Positions 21,816-35,742 of a DNA stretch of 64,000 nucleotides are shown here, in pieces (the first letter of the stretch is position 1; every line of letters starts with the position of its first letter). Source of the DNA: Cirrosporium novae-zelandiae (lineage: Eukaryota); assembly GCA_026023565.1 (NCBI GenBank), contig JAPETS010000005.1, forward strand, positions 186,001 through 250,000, read 5' to 3'. Below the pieces are notes generated by a model, which did not search any database, was not told the origin of the DNA, and saw only the letters and a program-made list of their open reading frames with translations. The translations under genes and the position numbers were made by a program.

Positions 21816-23480
21816 GGCTGAAAAAAACTTTGATGTGGTAAGGATATAACCAAGCAGGCAAGTTAAGTGGAACGTTGGCTTTCTTTGAGCACAGCAAGTG
21901 AGGATAGGACTGAAGAGTTGAAAGACGGCTGAAGCAGAAAGCAAAATGAGAAGTCAAGCCTATTTTATAATTGTCTGGTACAACGTAAAGTCTCTGTGGC
22001 GTTCGTGGAGTAACGAGAATCTCATATCCACCTGATACCTCCCAGGTTCAATTACCCAAGTGTAACGGGGGATGAAGTCCGTGAAAAAAAGAAGAGGTAC
22101 TCTGATCCTGGATATAGTAAACCATCGATATCTTCGCCATTTAGCATGGGGGGCGAGATGAAGGGGCACAGCCATCCTAGGATCCATTGATACAGTTGTC
22201 CCACTTCATGAAATCCTCCGGTTCAACCCGCCTAGGATCTCTTGTCTCTGGTTGGAAGGCGCTGAGGTTGTTTCGCGGAATATTGAAGGGTTCCTGTATC
22301 AAGGGTTTCTTTTGGGGAATTGTGAGTTGAGGGTGATTGGGAGGTTTATACGCTTGGACCATAATGGACCATAAGGGCGTGCTGAAAAAGCGCGCTTTAC
22401 CTCGATAGGTATATAGGTCTTGCCAAAAGCAGGTTCTGCAGTGGAACCCTTTGGATCTGTCAGTCGGCTGCCCGTTTCATTCTAACAGCTGTCCCTTTCT
22501 GGAATATTTTCGAGATAAACATTTTGTATGTTGTGGGGGGTAAAGCTTGAGTAGATGGTTAAAGGATTTTGGAGGAGCCACGCCGAGGCCGGCGCCTTAA
22601 GATAGGAACCTTTGTTCAACTTCCAACAACTTTTCCAAAATCTCATTCTGGCCATCATCTCCCGTTGAGAGTTCTTCTCGGTTGCCTCGAATAAGTAGGT
22701 ATCAGATTGTTAGCCTAATTCTATGAGTTATTTTATTTGTTTGGTTTGGGGTAGTTTAGTTGGCATTGCTACGAGTTATTAACAAACATCGCTATTAGCT
22801 AGATATATACATGCATAAATGTGCTTCATCGAATAAATGCATACATAATTGTTAAATTCTTTCTATACGTAGCCACCACTAACAACTGAAACTTCGGAAA
22901 CAGACAGCTAGGCACGTATCAAACGCGTCCGTCCAGTTGTGGTCTCCATCCATTTGGCAAAGTTGTGTTTGGTAGTCGGTGGCTAATAGTGATCCCTCTG
23001 GGTACTGAGTTGGCAACAAATTTTCCATGTTGACTTTAGATTGCTCCTTTTTAAAACCCTTTAGCCCCTATCTCCTCTCTCTCCTTCTGTCTTTTCTATT
23101 CCTCTTCTTGTTCTCTGCTAATGGCCTCTCTTTCTCAGTGCCTATCCCGTTCATCTGCAGATCAGAGCTCTCTCTCAGCGAGAGTCTCTTCGTCAATTAT
23201 TAGCCCTTGTGTGAGGTTCATACTACCGGGTATTGTATGTCAACTAGTAAACCGCCCTCTATTGATAGAAGGGAGGTAACTATTTCAACACCTTCATATT
23301 TCGTTTTTGCGAGAGTGTGGTAGATGGAGGTTTTGCCTCAAAGCCATAGCTAGCACCAGAGACATCTCAGGTGTATAATGGGACCGGGGATACTCCCAAC
23401 GGGAAGGACATTGACGTAGATAGATTAAATAAGGAGCATTGTATGTGATACGGTAACCACGTGAATCAGTAATGCAGCCT

Positions 23481-24545
23481 TTATTGCCTTACAAGCCTTC
23501 CACGAATCATCTCAGAGCGATTGTAGTAATTTAATCCTGGTGCCGTGGTGGTAGAAAGGATTGGGCCAAGAGGAACTGCGGATATCAATCTAAGATGGAG
23601 ACCGAAAAATCCGAAGTGGCTCTTAGAAGTGATTTGAGCTTCGTCAAGACCTTTATAGTTTTTTGGTTCTGTGTTTCGCATCAACTGATGAGTAGGCTTT
23701 TGGTAGCTGATAGATAAATTAGATTCAATGGGTTTAAGAGGAGGTGTGCTGACTGAAGAAGCATTTCCGTAGCCAGAGACTGAGGCCGTGGGGCTTGAAG
23801 TTGCCGACGACTCTGCTTCTTGAAGAGATAGTGATTCAAGAGGTGGGTGAAAGTAGGAAACTCCAATGCCAATATGTTCCGTGGTTATGTATATATCGTT
23901 TTGTTCGCAGCTTTTCTGGTTTGAGAGATAAGGCTCTTCGTTGGCATATGCCATATCGGATTCGGATTCCAAACGTCCTCTATAATCATTCCCGTGCGCA
24001 CAAGCCAAAATTTCCGACTCTTGGATTTCAAATTCTTCGTCGTCCGAATCATCTTCCTCAGATTCATCATCATCAAACTCTACTTCGCCCGAGGCGTCTT
24101 CCTCCTGCTCAGAGACATCTTCATATTCATCCTCGTTGGATGAATCATCCGCTTCGAAGCAGATTTCCAAAGGTAAATATATAGGTTGAGAAGACTGAAG
24201 TGAGTTGACATCAGTTTCTATTTCCCAACCCCTTTCATTTAAACTATTAAATGAAGTTTCGGCTTCTTCTTGATCCAAAATGTCAGCCAAATGTTCATCG
24301 TCGTCTTCTTCTTCATCTTCAGCCTCCTCTAGTAGTACTGCAAGGTCATAGTCGGAACCTTCGGTACGATAAAATAAGTTATGAGCGTGGATAGGAGAAA
24401 GGAATCCTTCATCGCATCTAAAATGGTCGTACCGGTCCATACTTGTTCTCGCGGGAGTATCGGGAGGAAAAACCAATATTGTTGGAAGACCGAAATAAGA
24501 AGTAGAATCCGGTTGAAAGATAACTTCTGGTTCTTGAACAGACAT
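23481..24545 (-). CDS. Hypothetical acidic, low-complexity protein, 354 aa
   Basis: Uninterrupted 1065-nt ORF with D/E-rich tracts. No family recognised. Confidence 0.6.
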   Translation of the reverse strand: MSVQEPEVIFQPDSTSYFGLPTILVFPPDTPARTSMDRYDHFRCDEGFLSPIHAHNLFYRTEGSDYDLAVLLEEAEDEEEDDDEHLADILDQEEAETSFNSLNERGWEIETDVNSLQSSQPIYLPLEICFEADDSSNEDEYEDVSEQEEDASGEVEFDDDESEEDDSDDEEFEIQESEILACAHGNDYRGRLESESDMAYANEEPYLSNQKSCEQNDIYITTEHIGIGVSYFHPPLESLSLQEAESSATSSPTASVSGYGNASSVSTPPLKPIESNLSISYQKPTHQLMRNTEPKNYKGLDEAQITSKSHFGFFGLHLRLISAVPLGPILSTTTAPGLNYYNRSEMIRGRLVRQ

Positions 24546-26182
24546 TTTGTCGATTGTAATGAAAGGAAAGTTATATTCTTGGATATGAAATCTGAGAAAA
24601 AAGATGATGTAATCTGGCAGGTTCTGTAGTTCATAAACCGGCTCTTTTATAGGAATATCTCCCCAAATTCCAAATCGAGTTTGATAGCGAGCCGAATAGG
24701 TATAGGTATCGGTTGAAGCTTACGAAGTAACTAAGAGTTGTGTTGTTGGAGGGTGAAATATTGGGAGGTCTAAGGATGATCGATCAAGTAGGGTCAGAGG
24801 ATCGAGCGCAGATGAAAGGTAATTTGAAATATCGACTTTGTGGTGAAAGAGACAGTCTGGTAGCGTTGATCCATCTTTGTAGATGACTCTGATGTCTAGG
24901 TTCGCCATGGTGTTGGCAGCAAACGCATCAGGCGACTTGTGATCACCAAAACATGATTATATATAGTGGTACTCCTTTGAATTGTATATTGGTATCAAGC
25001 CCCGCTGATAGGGAACGCAAAGGTGGAGTTGGGCAAGGCGGAATAAACCAGGTGATTTGTGGGGTATCAAGGTAAAGGTTTGTTTGGCCAACACTGTTCG
25101 AATGTCAAGTTACTCTGTTTGCTCGAGAATTCCAGTTCTTTCTCCATATCACTTTGTTCGTTTGTCTTGAATAATTATAGTAATTAGATGGTAAGTGGGA
25201 AGTTGGAGTTGAAATAATGAAGTTGGATCGTACGAAATAAAGGACGGCGAGGGCTTTTGTTAGGTTTTCGGCTAGCTGAAAGCGTTGTGGCTGGGTAAGA
25301 AGGGGATTAACGGATTTACCCCCACGATCCTTTTTGGGGGTTTACTCTTCCACTGCGTAGTCTAATCATCAGCAATCTTTAAATTATTTTTAATAGAATA
25401 GACTATTTTACCGATTTATAATTTGATACAAGTCCAATAGTACAATGCATACAATCATGTTATTATTGTCTCCAGCATTAAATTTCGAGAGATCAACAGG
25501 ACCCAGAGAAACAGGCCTGAGCTTCACATGTCACATGTCACATGTCTATTTCGCTGATGACTAAGAATGCCAGGCGGCACTCCATTAATTACCCAGGTAA
25601 CTACTTCATAGATGAGTAAAGGCTAGATCTGTCGAGAAGGCACTTCATGAGGAGAGGTGACAATTCCCTTTTTTCCTTCATAGTTTGACCTTTATTATAT
25701 TGAATTCCAGGCTTGGATGACACCGAAACAGCGTGCGGTCATCTTTAGCACTCCATCCCCCCAGAAACCTAATATCATCATATTTGAGATAACTAGAAAT
25801 CCCTCGTATGGAAAATCTAGGTAACAACGCTTCAAGTATCTGCATCAATTCAAATGTCAGGGTCGCCAGAACATTTGATTCCTTCCTTTCCCTCTCACTC
25901 TTGAGTCGTGAGGCCTTTTGATAACGGGTCGTTTCAGAGTCGTATCTAGATACTACTCGATCACAAAAAGAAATAGTCTAGAACATCATTCATTTCTATC
26001 GTCTGATAACCAGCTTGGTCTGGTAATTGAATATAGTCGTGTTGGAAATGACGGTAGTCTCCTGCCTAACTATCGAGGGACCAAATTTTTTTGTTGATAG
26101 GAGTCTTTGAGGCATCATTGGCTAGCGTCCACGGTGGAAATGGGAAAAAATTCTGGTGGGTTTTACCATGAAATTCTTCGTC

Positions 26183-26407
26183 TTAATTCGAGCTCGATTT
26201 AGAATCCTGGGAGGCAAAGTCCCGATTTGCTTGCTCGGGTAGGATACCAGAGAACCCAGTGCTATTGCAATATGCACATCGCTGGTGTAGACAGTTCAGA
26301 CAGGGCTGACTTGACTGTAAATAACTTGACTGTGGTCCATCACTGCAAAGACAACAATACCATGGCTTCTTCTGTCCATGAAACTCCTTTTGTTCGTCAG
26401 ACTCCAT
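26183..26407 (-). CDS. Small Cys-rich putative zinc-binding ORF, possibly the 5' part of a decayed gene
   Basis: WYCCLCSDGP...PCLNCLHQRCAYC fits a W-x-CC-x-C-x2-GP...C-x2-C-x-H-x-RC-x2-C pattern. Confidence 0.45.
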   Translation of the reverse strand: MESDEQKEFHGQKKPWYCCLCSDGPQSSYLQSSQPCLNCLHQRCAYCNSTGFSGILPEQANRDFASQDSKSSSN

Positions 26408-26995
26408 TTCATGAAGGTTGAAAATGATATAGTTTTAACATCGAAGACGCCCACATAAACAGAAGGTGGCCAACGACAATGATGAGGCTTTAGACTGCCA
26501 TGCTGTGAGATAAGACCAGTTATAAGGATGTGTATGACTCCGGCAAGGCTGCAAGAGCCTCATCTATCGGAAATAATTCCTAATTGCGCCCATGAGCTAA
26601 ACGATGGAGGGGTGATCCTGCAACCAATGATCAGCAAGAACATACAATGGCTCCTTACAGGAACGCCACATCCAAACAAGGACACAAAATCACTTGTATA
26701 GAATATATTGCTGCATGGTAAACTACACTGTACAGATAGAACTCATCGACATATCACGTTGATGTCGGGTTTGGATATCACTGTTCACAAGAAAAATAAA
26801 TAGTAAAGTAATGTCCTTGCGGCGTTATAGCAGCACATCAAAGAGCGTTTTAGAGTAGGCCACCCATAATATAACCTTTCCCAATTACATTCCATATATC
26901 ACATGCATCGGCATGGTTGCAAGAACACCGGAAACACCTGAGTTGCGTGGCTATAAGAGGACGTCGGAGGGAGTGACCGTTGTTTCTCTTAACCT

Positions 26996-29900
26996 TCAAA
27001 AACCCCGAAATGGATCTTCTGTGCGAATACTCGAATCTTCAGAGGGCCTGCTGTAAGCGTCCGAGCCCGCGCCCCAATAGCTCATGTCCTTTTTCCTTCC
27101 CTGTCTAGTCCGGTAACTCTGTCGTGTCCTTGGTAGGGTTGTTTGTTGAAGATCCGGTCGTCTATATTTATCGATAAAAGCTTCCATTCGAACTGTGCCA
27201 ATGGCATCAAAATAATTGCCTGTTACACTTGACGGCCCGCTAGCCTCGGATGGTCGTTGACTTATACTACTGCGACCGCTGCGCAGGCCCGAATAGCCTC
27301 CGACAGAGGGAGGGTAAGCAACATCCGATGACGCAGCAGTTGTGAAGCTGAAACTAGAAGGCATTGGAATAGCAGAATTACTAGATAGGCTTCTAAAAGT
27401 CCCTGGTGGAGCCCGAGGGGCCGTGTTGCTTCTCTTGCGTGAATGTGCCGAGAATCGGGGAACCGTTGGAGGCTCAGCTGCATCAGAAAACGCTTCGTCC
27501 ATCTCCATTTCATTTATTGGCGGATAGCTAGGACTTGAGTTTCCGCCATTTCTATGAGTCCCAGTTGTTCTCCAGGCTTTATCTTTTGCAACACGGATAG
27601 AATCCCGTATAGGATGACGACGTAAAGCGGCTGTGGGCTTGGTTGTGGTCTCCTGGGCCGGTGGAGGTACTGGTGGGAGTAAAGGTAGATCAGCCATATT
27701 CATGCGTGAGTGACTTAGGAAAGACAGAGCTGTCAGCCATAGATAATGACGTTCTCCATTAGGGGCCGTGAATTTCAGTGCTCGTTGCGGTGTCAAAATT
27801 AGGATAGATCGATTGAAACCACCTAATGAACCTGAGCCCTTAGGAAGAGGCGTATCATCTTTCACATCAAGCACGGACTGAATAGCAACTATACACAAAA
27901 TACAGTATTAGTGAGAGAATATATAAAAAACTTTCGAGTATAGGCTTACGCTTCCTTCCACTTTTGCCCATCAACGCAGACCCAGAAATAGGTTGTTTGC
28001 CGCTCCACATGACAGCTCGCTCATATGGTGCAAGCCATACCCAACGTTTGTGTCGAACGCCATTGCCTGTAATATTGGCAGATATTTCTTCAGTTCCTTT
28101 GCCGGCGTCCCAGGAAATTGGTTGGGAATCTGGCACACCAAACGATTTCCGTCTGCGTACATATTTCCACATCCACTCCCCTACCATGGTTTGAGCGATC
28201 GCGTCTACAACTCCTGTCTGTTGCGTTGACCCGGTTGAAGATTCATTGCCAGTCCACGAAGTATTCGTGGAAGGTGCTGGTCTATGTCCGCGGAACCTAA
28301 AGTCGCGAGGGCTTGTAATATCGTTATCTGGTAGGGGCGGAATAAGAGGACTATCGGGGATGGCCGAAGCTGATAAGGGCGGAGGAGAATAAGTGTTCTG
28401 CCTTTCAAGCCTCGAGACCCGCGGGATTGCTGCAGCAGACTGCACTTTCCGCAATGAAGGCTTTCTAGCATGCGATCGATTAGACTCACGTCTTCGGAAA
28501 GTGCCATAGCTAGATAGGTTTTGAGATGTAGGACTTCGAGCACCATCACTAGAGCTCAGAGGAATATTTCGAGAGCTATGCCTCGTCGGAACCGGGAATG
28601 GCGGTTTCACTGTAGAGCCATTGCTGCTACCAATACTGGGACTGCTACCACTAGAAATCATTGCGGCCTTCCGTACATTTAGTGGATTCCCAGCCGAGAA
28701 CTTGCCTGTTCTTGATACCGTACGTAAGGGGCCCAGTTCTTCCGACTCAGGCTCATCCTCTGCATAAGGTGGAAAGGAATCCTCTTTGTTCAGATCAGGT
28801 CGTTCATAGTCCATGCTACCTTCATTATCTTCAGCATCACTCATAGGACTTTCATCCAAGGTGTGGTTAGAGAATTTGTCAATCAGTCTTCCCTTTTCTA
28901 GTGTGTAAGACCTCATCGGTCTACTAAATATGTCCTCTTCGCTCAATTCAGCATCTTCCGCCAGAATATCATCTTCTTCGGCTCCAGCGTCAAATCCAGC
29001 AAATAGACTACTGGTGCGGAAGGGACGACGAATATTGGAATTGGAGTTCGCTGAGAGGGGCCCATTGTCATTATTTCCAGGATAAGCATCCAGGTTGTCA
29101 CCCCGATCATGACTCGAGAAAGAGGCTGGAGGTTCAACAGGTGGGGGACTACGGAGTTTTCTTCTAGCTGCTGCAGGAGGCATACGACCTCTCTTTGTGG
29201 ACTTCCGTCCTAATGTCTCAGATAGTGTGGGGAATGGTTCGGATTGAAGAGCGGACGGAAGAAGGTTAGGCGGAAGCTTTACAGGACGCTGGTCAATTCG
29301 AATCTCTTCTGTTTGCATTGATATTGATCTGACCTCGATCAAAGGTGCCACAGATGCCTGACAAGACGCATTCTTGGTCTGTGGTGGAAGGACGACACTG
29401 TCTCTTGGAGAAGATGGAGCAGACTGAGGAGGATGTATTGCGATCACCGGGATGGGTGGCGGAAGTGTCTTAAGTTGCACCTTCTTCTCCTCTTTGGGTT
29501 CTTCGGTCTGAGTTGATATTGAAACGGATGAAATCTCGAGGTTTTCATTCAAAACAGCTCTCTTTAACAATGTAATCTCCGCAGGTGATCTAGGAGTGTA
29601 TGGAGGACTAAGTGGCTGTTGCTCCAAGGTCTGACAAGAAGCGGAAACCATTCCAGTAGAAATACGAGGAATAAATTGGCCATGCACAGACCCGACAGTT
29701 CTACCATGATCTGGAGAACTGCGTTTGCGGCCCTGATTTGCCCCATGTTCATGCCCGACACCAGTTTGCTCGATATTGCCCTCACCAGCTGATATATGGG
29801 TATCCTGAACTTCGACCTTTGGTGATGGTGGAGGTGAATATTGGATTCCAATATCAGCATAATCAACTTTGGCCTCAACCAAGGCTTCTTTCATCTCTAC

Positions 29901-31088
29901 TGCAGGCATTACCTGTGTTGGGATATCCGGAGAATTAGAACGAGACCCAACTACAGTCATCGTGTCCACCGTTGTATCATTATCACTTGAGTCCAGCCCA
30001 AGAATTTTCCTTGCCTTGTCCACTGAACTCCGAGCTGAAGTTCGTCTTGAAAAGCGACGCTCTTCCGGCAATGCATCCGGGGACTCATTTCCATCAGAAT
30101 AGACACTTTCACTGCGATTGTCTTCGTCTTCCCCGTCTTCTTCATCTTCTTCATCCAACGCCAACTCTTCCGCTAGGCTCAATCCGCTAAGCTTCGTGTT
30201 GAGTGAAGCATTAATTGCGCTGGAAACTGAAAAGCGATAATTGGGGGTATCACTATCATGAGTGCTGGTGCTAGCAGTGCTCTGATGCCTGAGTTTGATG
30301 CTTTTCGAACGCATACTAGTAGTGTCGCTATCCCTATAACTGCTGTCGCGCGGACTTTCTGTCTCACTATCCAAACCATTGTGGGAGTGATTTCTTTGGG
30401 CTGCAGCAACTTCTTCTAAGACTGCTTTTAGACGACCTTCAACAACATGCGCCTTTCTCTCTAATTGACGCCTCTCGTTATCCCAGGTTTCCCGGTCTCG
30501 CTCCCAGAGCATCTCCGTCCTCTCCTGGTTTTCGTCACCTTTACGCACTTTCTCCTGCGACTGTTCTAGACGTTTGCGAACATCACCCAGAGCTTGCATG
30601 GCTTCATCCCTCTCTTTTGCTAGTTCATCGATAGCAGACATGGTACCACCTTCCAACATCGACATCTGCCGCTTCAAGGAGCGATGCTCCTTGGTGCTAC
30701 TTGCTAGCTCCTCGCCGAGATGTACATTTTCAACCCTTGAAGCATCTAGGCTTGCTTCCAGGTTATCAATTGTCTTAGTTTTGCTTTCCAGATCTCGTCG
30801 AAGAGATAGAATTTCTGAAACAAGGGAAGCATGTAGCGTAGGAGTGAATCTTCGAGGATCTAAAATCGATATGTGCTCATCATGCATGTGGCCGCACAAT
30901 TCGTCTCTGTCATCAATAGCAAAAGAGTCTCCTTCGGGGGAAAACGGAGGAGACGATGAAGGTGCTGGAGAGGAATGTTGTCTCCGAAGAGACCTTTTCG
31001 ATCTCGAGCTTCGCGGAGTCCGAAATGGTGTGTCGGTCGGGGTAGGTAGTGTAGCCATGCTCCTTGTATCTTCGTCTTCTTGAAACAT
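26996..31088 (-). CDS. Num1/ApsA/Mcp5-family cortical protein (N-terminal coiled coil, C-terminal Mcp5-type PH domain); intron 27889-27949
   Basis: VVDAIAQTMVGEWMWKY...RHKRWVWLAPYERAVMWS...GRK-LAIQSVLDVKDD...RALKFTA..RHYLWLTALSFL. Coiled coil near the N-terminus. Confidence 0.85.
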
Positions 31089-32350
31089 GATTGATGATGG
31101 AGAATATATATTCTAAGTAGCAAAGACTAATTATATGCAGAAAATCGAACGAATGAGTGAAAGCCTTCGGCGGTAAAAACGATTTATTGCAGACCAGTCT
31201 GTACACATTTATCAGTGAATTTCAACTCCCTTGATCGGTTGCACAAAACATGCTCCATAAGCTCAGCCTACCTAATCAGACGAAGGTCCTTTTTCCATGT
31301 ATGGCTTCAGCCGGCTTAGGGATCAATATTATTACAATTGCACAGCCGAATGCATTATTATTTTTTAGAAAATACACAATTAAATATGTTATTATCGTAG
31401 GCTAGGGCAGGTGTGTCAAGTATCAACGTATTAAACGGGGGATATATCCGAATTTAAAATGTGTTCAAGAGGTTATAGATCCTCAATGACATAAATGGCA
31501 GTGTGTATACGAAGGACGTCGTCGAATAGGGAAAATTGAGATTCTGTGAACAGTTCTTTGCTATTACACCAAGAGAGTTAGCACCAGTTTCAATAAAAAT
31601 TGGTTGATGTAAGCTCGAAAACGGACAGATAATCGAGTAACTTTGCTCAAGTACTCAGACCCGCCTAGCCACGTAGGTGTACGATTGTCAAGAGCCGATG
31701 AGGGGTTTGCATACCTTCTTCCTATCGACAGCAGATGAATAGTAGTAATACAATACAACAGTTATACCAGCGGCAGCCGTGACCAAAAGGATCAATCAAT
31801 ACAAGAATAATAACGAAGTGAGCCTCGCAGACAGGAGGGCAGGCATGTCGACGTGAAGGTGAGCTGGTAGGGGCGCCGTGGATACTTCAAGAATGGGACA
31901 CCAGAAGCTCCTGTCGCGGGACGGGTGGCACGGGAACAGGGACTAGGTGTTGATCAAGGGAATGACAAAAAATGATTGAGTTGTTTGAGAGTGAGTACGT
32001 TTGGCTCGGGGAAGGGTGCCCTGCATCTCAGGCTGTGATTGTGAATTACCGTAGGAAGTATCAAGGCCCTCGGAAGCCAGAGCTGGATTTTGCTAAGAAA
32101 ATCAGGAAAGCAATGTAATAACGAGACCATTGGTACGAGCTATGGTCAGCCATGGTTCCTCGGCGAAGGTGTTGGCAGGCGGAAGTATGAGCCTAAGGTC
32201 TTTAGGGTCACAGATTCAGGGACAACCGGACAAATAACGATAGTACGATTAGTATGATAGGAGGATAGATTGATAGTGGGAGAGGCTGTCCGGTCTTTGA
32301 TTGTGAAGAGTAGTTTGGAGTAGTCTTTAGTTAGTTAGGTAAAAGGTGGA

Positions 32351-32413
32351 GAGTGGTAAATAGTGGTAATGAGTGGTAACCGGGTGGTAATGGGGTGGTA
32401 ATGGGTGGTAATA
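32351..32413 (+). repeat. Minisatellite with GTGGTAA core, 6 degenerate units of about 10-11 bp
   Basis: gagtggtaaa tagtggtaat gagtggtaac cgggtggtaa tggggtggtaa tgggtggtaa. Confidence 0.8.
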
Positions 32414-35400
32414 TGAAAGTGTAAATTTCATACCAAAAGCCCCAATTGGAAATAGTCTTTCAAGATTCATTCAAGGAAAGGCTGTCGGATAGAACTGATT
32501 AACCTAACAATCTCTAGCTTCTTGTGGCTCCGTGACAGGTTTCAACTCCTAAGAAGTCTTCCAAACTCTGATTATCCGCCGAAATTGCTAGATATGGTTC
32601 ATTATCAGGGATTGGGGGATAACTCGTGAATCGCAAAATGCTTGTTGTTTACTAGGTCATTGATTGAACCAGGTACCCTTCTTTTTGGTGGTGGTGGTTT
32701 GGTGATGGGTTTTTTTTTTTTTGCAGATCCCGCTTGAAAGAGAAACAGCCACTAACTAGGGCTTGAAGTCTTCGTATACAATCTAAGCCATGACAGGAGC
32801 ATAATGCAAGTGTTTTGCGATTGCTGTCATCCAATACATGCATGATGATGGTGATGATGGAGAGTGATAAGTCAATAGGTGTTTTTTCCAAGGATCCACA
32901 AAATCTATCTGTCGTTACAATAATCCTGTGATAATTTCTTGTCCAGTCAACCCAGAACAACAAAAGCAGCGTGAAACAACCCTCTCAACGTTCTTCTGCA
33001 ACAAGGTTCCAGCATGGTTTAAATTCCCCGAGATGGGACCAATTTTTCCATCTTCGATCAATCCCCATCGAATTTTTCTATCTTGCTAATGTTGCCAATA
33101 ACTGCTGCCAATTGTGTCCTCCCTCAATATTTGCCCTCCACGGTGACGTCTGCACAGACCATCAAAGTGGCGAAGTTTCAACGCCCCCTTATCATAGTTT
33201 CCCCCCGGTGTCTTCTTTGATGGAGGGAAGGATGGATCCCGAAAAAGGCTGAAATTAATTTTACTTTTGCTGCACTTAACTTACTTACCTAAGGTAATTA
33301 ATTATATTATCACTAACTACTGTGGTCGAATAATAATTAATTATCGAACTAAAAAAGAACTCGTCCTTCTCTGGGCCCTCTCTCCCGGTACAAAAAAGAA
33401 AGATACTTTAGAAATTACTTTGCGGCGTGGAACACTTTAGTAGAATTGGCTGATACATGGAAAACACCAATCTTGGTCTGCTTCACTGCCTGATGCCTGA
33501 GATGCCTGAATGACCTAAAAGCTACACAAAGTGACCATGTGCAACGGCCTGCAGTAGTCGTGTGATAGCAACAAGATTTTATTAGTTGCTATGCATGAGG
33601 ACATATTCGAGTGAGACGCGTTAACAAACACTTACTACCAGATGAAAAAAAGAAGAAAAAAAGGAAATGAAAAGAAAAATAATCGCCCCGCCCTTACTAC
33701 CTTGTAATATCATCCATTCATTGTCAGGGTGCGTAAGCAAAGACAGCCGAGATCACTGCAAAGAAATTACTGAGACGTATTGATGGTACGAACGAAATAC
33801 TTACTGTGGGGTGGCCGAGAGCTCAACCTTTCCTTGTGGGCCTTTGCGGTCCCTTTGGTCCCCGAATAACAATCATTGTATGCCAACCATTGATACCAAC
33901 GAAGCAAACAGGCAATCATTTGATGCGGCTTCAAAAACAACCTGCAACGCCGTTTGGGTCCGGGGTAAGCCGAAGAAGTCCCTATCAGCTCCAGTAACTC
34001 AATCTTTCTGGCAGCTAGAGAGATGACGATAATGCATTGTGAGACAGGAATTTTTATTTTGAAACTTCCACGGCTCATTAACCAGGGGTTACCTCCCATG
34101 TCCCTGCGACACACTTCGTGTCCTACCACACTTGCTTCCTCTGGCAGACACCTCACTGAGCTTATCATTATTTCGTCTCACTCTTGTCGGAGCAACCTTC
34201 GATGCACAAGCCACATATGCAGATCTTTCTACACCCGATACAGCCAAGCTTCCAACGGTTACGGAGGAGTTATAAACTGCTCCGGAGAATCATAAATGCC
34301 AAATCAATTGTTGGAATCTCCGGCCTGCCAATCCTGAAAGTAGCAGCGTAATCATTGGGAGGTTGGGTTAGGCTTTGGGAATCAGATTCTGATGGCTGAT
34401 GGACCTTGTCTAACCATATGTACTGTACACAGTATAAAGTGTGGTGATATAGCAGTAGAGTACAAGTATACAATATCTCACTTTCACAACTCAAGGACTC
34501 GGGAACTTTAGATTGGATTGTGTGTGATTGAATTGGCCTGTTCAAACAGCGACGAAACTATTGTCTGATGAGGAAATGGCCGAGGATACTGGTGTGGTTG
34601 AAAAGGGTTCGAGGGACATGGAAATATTGTTCGAAATTTGTCATGCTCAAGGCAGAAGATGAAATATTTGAGACAACGGTAATGAGAAGGATCACGAAAG
34701 CCATGTGAGTTCATCCGAATTTGGCAATGGCCTTACAAGGCACGATGAGCACGGCCCTCCAGTTTGTGACATTGGCCCGGTCGTGATCTTGATACGGATA
34801 GTTATCCGTCAAAGGATCGTCATACTCCAGCTCAACGTTTCGTTCTGTCATTGCCTCAAAGGAGTGTGTCGGTCTTCATATCTTTTACCCCTTATTTCCC
34901 CATGTCGGTGACCCATCTCGATCTATGGCCAATGTTACCGGCCCAATCAATCCTCTTCCCGAACGCATGAATAGAGAAGATCCTATCAGTCCAACTCGAT
35001 GAGCTGCTGTTTCAGCACAAATAAAGCTTGCCAAAGGTTAATGGGCGATGTTGAATTTAACCTGGGAAGCATACACAATATGCATGTCCCCAAGAGGCAA
35101 CAAATGCGTGGGAAATTGATATTATCATGCATAACAAACTATTTTTTACCAGGTAGTGATGTGAATGTCCAGGCACGATCGGATTTGCGGTGGATGATGT
35201 CCTTGGAACCAATATGTCGGGTGCGGCATCGTTCAGATTCTTAGACATGACTAAAAAGGGGTTAATGATGAATTCAACCAATGCCCTTTTCAGTTGAATT
35301 CACTCAAAATATATTAACCATATATTAAAGTCATGCGAGAAATCCAACATTGACAACTAACTTTGAATCAATAATTTGCAATCAATCGACACGCTTTTAC

Positions 35401-35742
35401 TGACGTGGACTATAGTCATTTATATTGTTTTTAGAAAGGATTTAGTGAACTACAAATATTAAAACACAATCCGTGATTACCATCAATCGTCATTCCCACC
35501 CTCCTCAAAGAACTAAGACTAACCGCTTTCACCATCATCAAAAGCCAGCAACTCGGGTGAGGATCTAGGTACCTCAGCCGCTTCAGGATCCGATCTTGAG
35601 ATATTAGAATAGGCATGTTATTTCAACTGCTGGGGATATATTGGCTTCCCACAGCCCAGATTGTCTCAATTCTATTGGGATCCAATAATTGTCTTTGATT
35701 CTCTCCTAAAGCAAGTAAAGAATATGTTATAGTATCCCCGTT

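Noticed and set aside
33767..35281. Several 65-133 aa ORFs and a protein-like fragment near 34700-34860
   Set aside because: No recognisable motifs, in-frame stops nearby, and no consistent splice model.
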